DNA of 64,000 nucleotides, from contig JBHLOC010000020.1 in assembly GCA_048940925.1 (NCBI GenBank), positions 21,777-85,776 on the forward strand, read 5' to 3'. Below, piece by piece: positions 39,881 through 49,553 of the stretch. Position numbers and translations under genes: made by a program. The notes beneath the pieces were generated by a model that saw only the letters and a list, made by a program, of their open reading frames with translations, had not been told where the DNA came from and searched no databases. This DNA is from Promethearchaeota archaeon (GTDB taxonomy: Archaea; Asgardarchaeota; Lokiarchaeia; Sigyniarchaeales; SOKP01). Each line of letters opens with the position of its first letter. Position 1 is the stretch's first letter.

Positions 39881-41356
39881 ATGAACAATAGTGAAATTTT
39901 GTCCGAACTAACTAAAATTGTCGGAGATCGAAATGTATCTGATGAACCAGAAATACAATTCTTATATCATTATGATTTTATAACTGCAGAACCGGAAGGA
40001 CAATGTGATATTGCGATTATGCCAGAAGAGGCTGAAGAGGTTCAGGAAATCATAAAAATTGCGAATAAACATAAAATCCCTGTTGTTCCATGGGTTTCAG
40101 GGATTAATTTTGGTTCGATTGCCACACCTAGAAAAGGAGGTATTGTTGTAGATTTGCGACGCATGAATCGCGTGCTTGAAGTAAATGAAGATGATATGTA
40201 CGCCGTAATTGAGGGTGGAACGACATGGGCCGATCTAAAAGGATATCTTGATAAACATCATCCAAATTTGAGGGCAGGAGTGACTTTTTCACCTCCAGGA
40301 ACAGGTGTAGTTCCTTCTTGTTTATGCTATGGAATGTTTGATCTTGGGATGATAGGGGGAACTGGAGCAGAATTTCTTAATGGATTAGAAGCTGTGTTAG
40401 GTTCTGGAGAATTAGTTAGAGTAGGATCTTGTAGTATTTCAAATAAATGGTATGGTCGACAACCATTACCAGATCTAGCAGGTTTGTTTATTGGATGGGA
40501 GGGCACTACTGGGATAGTAACCAAAGCAGCTGTAAAATTATGGCCTAAATTACCATATAGAGAAGACTTCGCAATTTTGGCCCAAACTGTTGATCAAGGA
40601 GTTACCTTATTTCAAAAACTTTCGAAAGCAGGATTAGGTATTGTTGATTTAGTTTTTCTAAACATGGGATGGTGTCAAGCAATTCAAGGATTTGATGAGA
40701 AAAGTGTAGCTGTGGATCCAATAGAACTAGGTTTACCCGATTTCATTGGCTTAATTACAACGCAAGCTTATACAGAAGAACAACATAAAGCCCAATGTAA
40801 TGCAATAAAAGTAATAAGTATTGAATTCGATATTGAACCCACCACTGCAAAGGGTTTTTTAGAGTCATTTCCAAGTGATATGAGAGGTGGTTTTTTAGAT
40901 ATATTTCCTGATTATGGAGGTTATACACCTTTTCAAGCATGGGGTTGCTGGAATTTCGCTCGTGGTGGCGGTGGTGAATGGATTGGATCCTATTGTTCAA
41001 TAAGTGATATCGCAAGATATTATAATATAGCAAGAGAAATAACTCTTAAATACAATAAACCACCTCAATTTTATAGCAGAATTATGTTTGGTGGTCATTA
41101 TTGCGTTGCTCGGGCAAATTTATGTTTTAATAAAAACGATCCAGAAGATATCAAAAAAGCAAGAATTATTTTAAAAGAAATTTTTGACGCTGTTCACAAA
41201 CTAGATGGAGTTATCATGTATAAGCCCCCAATGTGGGTGGTTGAAAGCCATAAAAGCAAAACATTACCTGCTACAACTGAATTAATTAAAAAAATAAAAA
41301 AATTACTTGATCCTAATAATATAATGAATCCAGGACAAGGAATTGAGGGAGATTAA
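39881..41356 (+). CDS. FAD-binding oxidoreductase (GlcD/VAO family)
   Basis: GGIVVDLRRMNRVLE, GWEGTTGIVT, LDPNNIMNPG. Confidence 0.88.
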   Translation: MNNSEILSELTKIVGDRNVSDEPEIQFLYHYDFITAEPEGQCDIAIMPEEAEEVQEIIKIANKHKIPVVPWVSGINFGSIATPRKGGIVVDLRRMNRVLEVNEDDMYAVIEGGTTWADLKGYLDKHHPNLRAGVTFSPPGTGVVPSCLCYGMFDLGMIGGTGAEFLNGLEAVLGSGELVRVGSCSISNKWYGRQPLPDLAGLFIGWEGTTGIVTKAAVKLWPKLPYREDFAILAQTVDQGVTLFQKLSKAGLGIVDLVFLNMGWCQAIQGFDEKSVAVDPIELGLPDFIGLITTQAYTEEQHKAQCNAIKVISIEFDIEPTTAKGFLESFPSDMRGGFLDIFPDYGGYTPFQAWGCWNFARGGGGEWIGSYCSISDIARYYNIAREITLKYNKPPQFYSRIMFGGHYCVARANLCFNKNDPEDIKKARIILKEIFDAVHKLDGVIMYKPPMWVVESHKSKTLPATTELIKKIKKLLDPNNIMNPGQGIEGD

Positions 41357-41357
41357 T

Positions 41358-42608
41358 ATGTTTGATGAAAAAAATATTATTTATTTAAATGATAAAGGCA
41401 TTTCTAAACTAACGCATATCCCAGATCAGCAAATTCTTGAAAGAAATAAAGATTTAGAATATTATAGTGAAATTTTATACCAATGTGGGAAATGTGGTAC
41501 CTGTAGAACTGCTTATCATAAAGAAGAATGGCCTCGTGTGTGTCCCTCTGGAGATTTTGGAAATTTTGAAGCATATTATCTTGGTGGAAAGAATCTTCTT
41601 ACTTGGGCTATCATGACGGATCGCCTTAAATGGACTGAGAACTTAGCAAATATATTTTATCAATGTTCAGTATGCTTAGCATGCACCCAGCAATGTCAGA
41701 TCCCTGAAATTCATTACTTCGCTGGAGAATGGTTGATGGCAATGAGAGAACAAGCAGTTCAAAAAGGATTAGGTCCAATGTCAGAACAAAGGAGATATTC
41801 TGAACATGTTTTATCAGAATATAACCCTTATATGGAAAAACATATAGATCGCAAAAACTGGTTAACACCAAATATAAAACAAAATCAAAGCGCAAAGTTG
41901 GCTTATTTCGTTGGATGTACTACAAGTTATAGAGAACAAGATATAGCTAAAGCTACAGCTGAAATATTAAATTCACTTAAGGTCGATTTTAAAATACTAA
42001 AAGAAGAACATTGTTGTGGATCTCCAGTGTATATGACAGGACAAACAGAAAAGGCAAAATGTATCGCCGAAACAAATTTAGCGATTTTTAAAGACGAAGG
42101 TATTGAAAAGATTATAACTTCTTGTGCTGGATGCTACCGAACATTAAAAGAGACATACCCTAAGAAATTTGGAATTGAACATGGAATCGAAGTAGTGCAC
42201 CTACCTGAATTTTTATTACAACAAATTAATAATGGTAAAATTAAGTTTACTAATGAAGTTAACATGAAAATAACTTATCATGATCCTTGTCATATAGGGC
42301 GTCATATGGGAATTTATGAACAACCAAGAGAGGTATTACTGAAAATCCCTGGAATAGAATTAATAGAAATGCCAAGAAATAGACATAATGCGTGGTGCTG
42401 TGGATCAGGTGGGGGTGTGAGATCAGCATTTAAAGATTTATCTAGTTTCGCTGCAAATGAAAGAATTGAGGAAGCAAAAGAAATAGATAGTAATGCAATT
42501 GTATCGTGTTGTCCTTTCTGTTTAAACCAATTTAAAGCTAATATAAATAACAATGAGATTCAAGCATATGATCTTTCTGAGCTAGTAAGTAAAGCAATAA
42601 AAAAGTAA
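41358..42608 (+). CDS. GlpC/HdrD-like Fe-S protein (CCG domains)
   Basis: CGKCGTC, CSVCLACTQQC, HCCG, YHDPCHIGR, CCGSGGG. Confidence 0.88.
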   Translation: MFDEKNIIYLNDKGISKLTHIPDQQILERNKDLEYYSEILYQCGKCGTCRTAYHKEEWPRVCPSGDFGNFEAYYLGGKNLLTWAIMTDRLKWTENLANIFYQCSVCLACTQQCQIPEIHYFAGEWLMAMREQAVQKGLGPMSEQRRYSEHVLSEYNPYMEKHIDRKNWLTPNIKQNQSAKLAYFVGCTTSYREQDIAKATAEILNSLKVDFKILKEEHCCGSPVYMTGQTEKAKCIAETNLAIFKDEGIEKIITSCAGCYRTLKETYPKKFGIEHGIEVVHLPEFLLQQINNGKIKFTNEVNMKITYHDPCHIGRHMGIYEQPREVLLKIPGIELIEMPRNRHNAWCCGSGGGVRSAFKDLSSFAANERIEEAKEIDSNAIVSCCPFCLNQFKANINNNEIQAYDLSELVSKAIKK

Positions 42609-42652
42609 ACTATTTTTTATTTATTCTTATTACTTTCTTTATAACAAAAAAT

Positions 42653-43444
42653 ATGACTTCTATGAGAATTGATATATTTAAACAAGTCCTCAATAATTTC
42701 AGGAAATTCATTATATCAGAATCTGAAAAAGGAAAAAATCTAATTGTTTATGAAAAAAAATCCAACCCCGTTGAATATTTTGAAGAGTTAGATATTCAGG
42801 TTAAATTAGGTAAATACAAAGATATCATTCTTCAAGAAGAAACCAGTCTTGAACTTGGTGGTATTAAAAAGAAATCTTTTTCATTAATTTATCCCTTCTC
42901 TAATTCCGATTTTAGTAAATATATTAGAAGTGATAATATCACCTTAGTTGGACCAGAAATCAATGAAATTTATGAGCAAACCATTGATTTTGGATTGATA
43001 ATCCTAATTGGGTGTAAAGATTCCAATGAAAGTAATTGGAATTCTCTAAGGCAATTTAATTTCATTTCTAATGGAATACAGGGCTTTATGATAAGAACAA
43101 TCCCCAGAAAATTTTGGTGTAGAATAAGTGAAGAGGTTATAAAGAAATTTACTTTTGAATTTCTAGGAAATGCAATTTTATACTTATATGAAGAGAAATT
43201 TAAGAACTTAATTGAATCGATGGAGATCATTTTTATCAATTCTGATCCAGATTTAATAGATGAGGCTATTAAAATTACATCTGAAATTACATCATCGATA
43301 AATGAGAAATGGTTAAAAAAAATCGAAGAATGGAAAAAAAGAATCGATTGTGAATATGACTGGGGATGTGAAATATGTCCTTATCAAGAAGAATGCTATG
43401 AAATTAAACAGGTATTGGTAGAGAGAGAAAAAATTGAAAAATAG
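42653..43444 (+). CDS. Short CdhC/acetyl-CoA synthase beta-like domain protein with C-terminal Cys cluster
   Basis: EETSLELGG, ITLVGPEI, GFMIR..WCRIS, C-terminal CEYDWGCEICPYQEEC. Confidence 0.55.
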   Translation: MTSMRIDIFKQVLNNFRKFIISESEKGKNLIVYEKKSNPVEYFEELDIQVKLGKYKDIILQEETSLELGGIKKKSFSLIYPFSNSDFSKYIRSDNITLVGPEINEIYEQTIDFGLIILIGCKDSNESNWNSLRQFNFISNGIQGFMIRTIPRKFWCRISEEVIKKFTFEFLGNAILYLYEEKFKNLIESMEIIFINSDPDLIDEAIKITSEITSSINEKWLKKIEEWKKRIDCEYDWGCEICPYQEECYEIKQVLVEREKIEK

Positions 43445-44207
43445 AATTGTTATTGCAGTAGTTGGAAAAGGAGGAACTGGAAAAACGGTTGTAACAACCC
43501 TTTTAGCAAAAATCATTATTAGTAAATATAATTATAAACTGCTTTTATTTGATGCTGATCCTACCCATCCACACTTGAGCACTATGGTTAATCTTATTCC
43601 AACAAAAAGCATTGAGAATATTAGAACTAAAGTAATAGATAAAACATTTACAAAGGAAAAATCTATCAAAACTTTAGCAGAAAACATTGATTTTGATGTT
43701 TATAATGCTCTTGCTGAAACAAAAGATTTTAGTTTATTTTATATTGGGCAACCAGAAGGACCTGGTTGTTTCTGTCCCTCAAATGCTCTTTTACGCAAAG
43801 TTATTGAATCAATCTCTAAAGATTTCGATATAGTCTTGATAGATTGTGAAGCGGGTCTTGAACAAATAAACAGAATGGTTATAGAATCAGTAGATATACT
43901 ATTAATTGTTTCAGATATTTCTATTAGGAGTTTAGAAACAGCAAATACAATACGTAAAAGTGCTAAGAAATTTACAAAATATAAGAAATTAGGAGTTATC
44001 TTAAATAGAGTTAGAGGAAATATTGATTCTATTTTAAAAAAACTTGAAGAATTTAATTTGCCTCTCTTAGCTAAAATTCCAGAAGATGAGAATATTGTTG
44101 AATTTGATTCACAAGGTTTACCACTAATTGATATCCCTGAAAATTCGCTAAGTCTAGTATCTATCGACAAATTAGTTGAAACAATTTTGGATGATGGAAT
44201 AGAATAA
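43434..44207 (+). CDS. cooC: CooC/AcsF-like nickel-insertion ATPase
   Basis: GKGGTGKT, DADP, GPGCFCP, DCEAGLE. Confidence 0.85.
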   Translation: MKNRIVIAVVGKGGTGKTVVTTLLAKIIISKYNYKLLLFDADPTHPHLSTMVNLIPTKSIENIRTKVIDKTFTKEKSIKTLAENIDFDVYNALAETKDFSLFYIGQPEGPGCFCPSNALLRKVIESISKDFDIVLIDCEAGLEQINRMVIESVDILLIVSDISIRSLETANTIRKSAKKFTKYKKLGVILNRVRGNIDSILKKLEEFNLPLLAKIPEDENIVEFDSQGLPLIDIPENSLSLVSIDKLVETILDDGIE

Positions 44208-44273
44208 TAATTAGTAAACTTGAAAAATATTACTTTTAAATAGAGAGATATCTAATACAATAGTATTAAAAAT

Positions 44274-44639
44274 TTGGAGTTAAATACAATGGTAGATCTA
44301 CAAAAAGCAAATAAAATATTTGGAATTATCTGGGTGGTTATTTTAGTATTTTTATGGATTTCCTTTCCTTTCTATCCAGGTGACATATTTTTCTGGATGT
44401 GGTTGGCAATAATTTGGACTATAATTGGCGGAGTCATAGGAACAATATTTTTCATGAGTGAAAGTAAAAAAAATGTAAAAATAATTGGAATTATTTGGGC
44501 AGTTATCTTAGTACTTCTTTGGATATTTTTTCCTTTCTTTCCGGGTAAAATATTAGTCTGGCTGTGGGTTGCAATAATCTGGAGTATAATTGGCTGTATC
44601 TTAGCTATAGCTCTTCTTATCATCAAAAGAATAAAATAA
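44274..44639 (+). CDS. Small 4-TM membrane protein built from a 55-aa internal duplication
   Basis: KIFGIIWVVILVFLWISFPFYPG vs KIIGIIWAVILVLLWIFFPFFPG. Confidence 0.75.
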   Translation: MELNTMVDLQKANKIFGIIWVVILVFLWISFPFYPGDIFFWMWLAIIWTIIGGVIGTIFFMSESKKNVKIIGIIWAVILVLLWIFFPFFPGKILVWLWVAIIWSIIGCILAIALLIIKRIK

Positions 44640-44820
44640 GTGAAAAATTGCCTTTTTTTCTTTTTAATTACTTTTTTTTGAATCTTTTCTTTTATAATAT
44701 GAATCAAATAAATTCTTTTAAATAATTAATTTCAAGAAACACACACATTATTATCGCTTTTGAACATTAAAATTTAAAGAGAAACTTTTAGACTCAATTC
44801 ATGGCTACTTGATTATATTA

Positions 44821-46344
44821 TTAATCTTGTTTTAAAATCCTATTTACTACATCTCTTGCTCCCATTGCTGTTCCTGTTACTCCACCACCTGATTCACTAT
44901 AGGCTCCTATATACCATAATCCTTCTATCGGTGTTTTATGAGGTGGATTATTTTCTCCTAAAACAGGAGCAGTTCCCCCAAAACTATGACGAATAACATT
45001 AATTCGCTTCTTGAAGTCATCAGGTGTCATAATGACTTTAGTTTCTGCTCCTTCATATAATCCGGGGATTATCTTTTCTGCCTCCATAATTAACTTATCA
45101 GCAAATTCCTCCTTTCTGCTCTCCCATGATCCCTCTTTTAATTTATGAGGTCCAATTGTATAAATTGTGACTGCATGTTTCCCAGGGGGAGCCATATCTG
45201 GAGAATGCATTGAAGGAATGTATATTAAAAAACCTTCAGCACCTTCATGATAATATCCTTCTCTCATTTTATTAATTGCCCCTTCAATATCATAGGTGAA
45301 ATAATAATAACACAATGCTGCTCTTTGGGAAGGTGTGGGATCAAAATTAATACCTAAATGCACCATAAAAACAGATTCCATTAATTTCTTTCTTTCAATG
45401 TTTATAATAAAATCATCTGGTAAATGTTCCTTTCCTACTAAATTAAAAAATGTATTGAACATTCCTCCACTGGCTAAGATTAAATCAGAGTTCACTATAT
45501 CTCCATTTTCAAGTTTTACTCCTTTTACTTTCTTATCTTCAATGATTATCTTTTGTACCTTACTATTGGTTAGAATGGTCCCACCATGTTTGGTAATAAA
45601 ATTTGCTAAGGTTTTGACTAATTCTCCACATCCATTCTTTATATAATGATATACTGGTAATTTACCCCCTTTAATTCTTATTGGAATTCTTTTATCAAAA
45701 GCGGACTCAACATTAGTAAATGGTACCCCTAATCCAAAAAATTCACTAGGTTTTACGACCATATCGGCTAAAATTCCTAAATATACTGCTTTTAATTTTT
45801 GATCTTTAAAGAAATAATCAGTTATCTGAGAAGCGCTCCAATCCTTATATTTTCTAATTTTTAGAAGTTTAAGTAATAGTTTCAGTTTAATCCCTATAGC
45901 TTTCAATCCTTTAACAAATGGAAGTTGATTTCCTAGACAGGCAATTAACATCATGTGATCATAAAATTTATAATATCTATCCAATCCCTCACTTTCTTCG
46001 GGAAATAATTTTTTAAAATAGTCACGTCTCCAATATGGTCCTTCATATTTCTCGGGTCTCCACACTTGGAAATCAGGAAATGACTGACCGCGGTCTTCTT
46101 TAATAATCTCAATTTTATCATAAATTCCAAGCTCGGTTAATATTTTACCAAACTTTTCATAAGGAGCAAAACCTTCAAGCAGAAGTGGACCAATATCCCA
46201 TGAATATCCATCTTGATGTATTGTTGCTGTGACTCCTCCTATTTCAGAAAATTGTTCGTAAATAATAACTTCATATCCTTTACGAACAAGATATGCGCCA
46301 GCAGTTAAACCTGCGATTCCTGATCCTATTATAATAGTTTTCAT
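44821..46344 (-). CDS. Phytoene desaturase/CrtI-like FAD oxidoreductase
   Basis: IIGSGIAGL, PSMHSPDMAPPGKH, TPIEGLW. Confidence 0.82.
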   Translation of the reverse strand: MKTIIIGSGIAGLTAGAYLVRKGYEVIIYEQFSEIGGVTATIHQDGYSWDIGPLLLEGFAPYEKFGKILTELGIYDKIEIIKEDRGQSFPDFQVWRPEKYEGPYWRRDYFKKLFPEESEGLDRYYKFYDHMMLIACLGNQLPFVKGLKAIGIKLKLLLKLLKIRKYKDWSASQITDYFFKDQKLKAVYLGILADMVVKPSEFFGLGVPFTNVESAFDKRIPIRIKGGKLPVYHYIKNGCGELVKTLANFITKHGGTILTNSKVQKIIIEDKKVKGVKLENGDIVNSDLILASGGMFNTFFNLVGKEHLPDDFIINIERKKLMESVFMVHLGINFDPTPSQRAALCYYYFTYDIEGAINKMREGYYHEGAEGFLIYIPSMHSPDMAPPGKHAVTIYTIGPHKLKEGSWESRKEEFADKLIMEAEKIIPGLYEGAETKVIMTPDDFKKRINVIRHSFGGTAPVLGENNPPHKTPIEGLWYIGAYSESGGGVTGTAMGARDVVNRILKQD

Positions 46345-46476
46345 AATTTGAATTCGTCCAAATTTCTAAATTTTAAGTATTTTATTAATTGTAAATGTTA
46401 AGTAGTTAAAAAATTTGTATATAAATAGTTGATTTGAGTATAACATTTAAGAAAAAGAGTTTTTATACCATTGTTT

Positions 46477-47361
46477 TTAGTTATTAACTAATAATTTTGG
46501 AAATTTGTTTTGCTTTGCTAGTTCTTTTTGAATTATATCATCTAATAACTCTTCTCGCTCTTTTCCTGAAAGCACTTCTAATTTTCTTATATTTAATGGA
46601 TCTACTTTTTCTCTTAATAATTTTATTTCTTTTGTCTTAGGAGGGATTGTTTCTTTTATTTCTTCTGAAACAACAAGTTCAAACCCAGTTGAGTTTTTAA
46701 CTGTTTCAATATCTACTCCTGGGTGAATAGAAGCTAGTCTCATTCTCTTTGTAGTGTCCTCAAAATCTAGATAAGCAAGATTTGTTATAACACATTGAGG
46801 CCCTGCTCCTCCGCATATTGAAAGCTTTCCATCGGGAAATCCTACTCCAGATATAAAATCAAGTTTATCGGACGAAACAAATGTTCGTGTATCGTGTCGT
46901 GGTGTATAAAGGAAGGACCCACGAGCATAGAACATACTAAAATCAAGGATTCCTGCTGCTCCTGGAAGTCTAATTTTAGGTTTATTCCAATCCCCAATAC
47001 ATATATTATTTGTATTTCCATACTGGTCAATCTGAGCAGGACGAAAAAATTCAATAGTAGTTAGTTTATCAGAAGGAAGATATTCAAGCGTACATTCTAC
47101 ACTGTCCTGAAAACGATATGCTCTTGCCGTATTCATCTCAAGATATAGCAAACTAACCTGACGAGGTTCTAATACAAATATATTTCCCATAATGTAATGA
47201 TAAACTGCATTAGGGGCATTAGTTACTTTTGCTAATGTAAAAGCTGCCCATACCATTGGTGTCGCCACGCCAACGATCATCACATCATCATTTCTAACCT
47301 CTCTCGCCATTAATACAGTCATTATTTCATCTATGGTATAATCTTTCGAATAATCACTCAT
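46477..47361 (-). CDS. Family I CoA-transferase beta subunit (GctB-like)
   Basis: AQIDQYGNTN, RLPGAAG, GPQCVIT, HPGV. Confidence 0.85.
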   Translation of the reverse strand: MSDYSKDYTIDEIMTVLMAREVRNDDVMIVGVATPMVWAAFTLAKVTNAPNAVYHYIMGNIFVLEPRQVSLLYLEMNTARAYRFQDSVECTLEYLPSDKLTTIEFFRPAQIDQYGNTNNICIGDWNKPKIRLPGAAGILDFSMFYARGSFLYTPRHDTRTFVSSDKLDFISGVGFPDGKLSICGGAGPQCVITNLAYLDFEDTTKRMRLASIHPGVDIETVKNSTGFELVVSEEIKETIPPKTKEIKLLREKVDPLNIRKLEVLSGKEREELLDDIIQKELAKQNKFPKLLVNN

Positions 47362-47659
47362 TTTACGTCCCTCTTCATTTTTAGTTATAAGAATATTATG
47401 TATTTTTATTGTGTTAAATTATTTAGTTTTAAGAATTTTTAAAATTAATAAATTCTTATAATCCTGAAAATTAACTTTCATATTAAAATATAAAGAAATT
47501 ATAATCTTTATATACCTAAAAATCAATTTCATTATATTTTATTAATTGAAGGATAGAAATAGAAATCTTAGATAATTAATTTAATTGAGAACAGTATTAA
47601 AAAAAATGTGAATAAAAAAGAAGCATTTCTTTCTTTCAATTTCTTAAATTATTTAAAAA

Positions 47660-49486
47660 TTAAGATGTTGCCTTCGCATCATATGTGTTTTTTTGAGATT
47701 TTACACTCTCCCATTCTTTTATAAGGATGAATTTTTGAATAAATTCATTTGCGTTTTTTGGTAACTCATTTTTAAATTCAATGTATCGTGGAACCATAAA
47801 ATAGGCAAGATTTTGCATTAAAAAGTCATAAAATTCTTTAGGAGTAATTTTTGCTCCTTTTTTAATTTCAGCACATATTTTTAATTCTTTTTCAGAGGAA
47901 TTTTTATTATTAACTTCAAAAACAGCACTTCTAACTATGAGTGGATGAGAATTTGCGACTATTTCAACATCTATTGCAAAGAATCTCTGTCTTCCTCTAG
48001 TAATCATATCTGATTTTCTTCCTAAATAGTAAATGAAACCTTCATAATCCGAATACCCAAAATCACCTGTGTAAACCCATCTTTCTTTTGCCTTCCTTGT
48101 TATTGTTTCTTTTTTTAAGTTATAATATTCAAGTTCGAAAGGTAGTCTCAGTCTTGCACATATTTCACCCAGATGATCCCGTCCTGGGAGTATTTCATTT
48201 CCTTCTGAATCAACTATTTTAATCTCAAATCCTCGCGCTGGTTTTCCTATGGATCCTAGCTTTCCTCCTATCGAACCCTTAGTATTAATAGTAAGTCCAA
48301 TACCCTCAACTAAAGACCACATTTCGATAATTTCTGCCCCAAATCTTCTTTCAAAGGTTTCCCATACTTCTTTTAAGGCACCAGCACCAAAAGCATATTT
48401 AATTGAATGATTTCTATCTGTTTCTTTTGGTGGTTGATTTACTAACGCTGTTAAATGTGCGCCATAATAACAAAAACAATTAGGTTTATAAAGATTTATA
48501 TCATTCCAAAAAGTTGTAACATCAAAATCTTCCGCTATTATTATCGATCCATCAAAATATATTACGGGTATTATTACATAATATCTTACAAATCCTTGAA
48601 ATAATGGTAAGGGACAATAGAATTTGATAATTTCACTATTAAGTCCTAAAACTTCCCATTCTTTTCCTACACTTATTCCTGATAAAGTATAATAATTCCT
48701 ATACAAAACTCCTTTGGGTTTACCAGTAGTTCCTGATGTATATGAGATCTCAAGAGGATTAAAATTCTTTATATTAAATTTAGGGTTTTCATAATTTTCT
48801 GAGAAGAGCTCTTTAAAATCGACAATTTTTTCATCGAATTTGTAATTCTCTGGTGCATTTCGGATAAATACTTTTTTTATTTTATTTAAATTCTCATTAA
48901 TCTCTTCAAAATTAGTATAATATTTATAATCAATTATTAAAATCTCAGTATCACTGTTTTTCAAAACAAATTTTAATAAATCTTTTTTTAACAAATAACT
49001 AGTCGGAACAAAAACACAACTTGCTTTTGCTACACCAAACCAACAAAAAAGAGATTCTGGACAATTAGGAAATATCAAAGAAATTTTAGGATTATTTAGT
49101 TGTAATTCTTTATTCAATTTTAAAATAGCATTTGCAATTTGATTTGAAATTTTATTTACATCTTGATATGAATAGACTTTATCTTGATAATAGATAAATG
49201 GTTTTTCTTTATTCAATAATGCTTTACTTTCTATTATCTTCGGGATAGTAGCATCATCAATACTATATACTTTTGTGAGTTCACTTAAATTGTAGATCTT
49301 ACGGATTTCTAAGTGCTCTCCTATTAAATCTATCAAAACTTCTTCTTTATCTCTAAAAGGAAAACCATAATCTTTGGAAATCTTACTTGGAATATAAATC
49401 CAAAAACTTTCATATCTGCGATTGCCTGCTTTTCTTTTTAAAATTCTTCCTTTTCCTGTTTTCATTGTATCTCTTTTCAATTCCAT
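47660..49486 (-). CDS. AbrB-like N-terminal domain fused to a CaiC-like CoA-ligase domain
   Basis: N-terminal FWIYIPSKISKDYGFPF..EEVLIDL; YTSGTTGKPKG, YTGD; A10 motif altered to PKNANEFIQK. Confidence 0.75.
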   Translation of the reverse strand: MELKRDTMKTGKGRILKRKAGNRRYESFWIYIPSKISKDYGFPFRDKEEVLIDLIGEHLEIRKIYNLSELTKVYSIDDATIPKIIESKALLNKEKPFIYYQDKVYSYQDVNKISNQIANAILKLNKELQLNNPKISLIFPNCPESLFCWFGVAKASCVFVPTSYLLKKDLLKFVLKNSDTEILIIDYKYYTNFEEINENLNKIKKVFIRNAPENYKFDEKIVDFKELFSENYENPKFNIKNFNPLEISYTSGTTGKPKGVLYRNYYTLSGISVGKEWEVLGLNSEIIKFYCPLPLFQGFVRYYVIIPVIYFDGSIIIAEDFDVTTFWNDINLYKPNCFCYYGAHLTALVNQPPKETDRNHSIKYAFGAGALKEVWETFERRFGAEIIEMWSLVEGIGLTINTKGSIGGKLGSIGKPARGFEIKIVDSEGNEILPGRDHLGEICARLRLPFELEYYNLKKETITRKAKERWVYTGDFGYSDYEGFIYYLGRKSDMITRGRQRFFAIDVEIVANSHPLIVRSAVFEVNNKNSSEKELKICAEIKKGAKITPKEFYDFLMQNLAYFMVPRYIEFKNELPKNANEFIQKFILIKEWESVKSQKNTYDAKATS

Positions 49487-49553
49487 TTATACTATTGTAT
49501 ATAAATACCACCTAAAGTAAAAAATATATCATTAATTTATTATTTTTAACATC

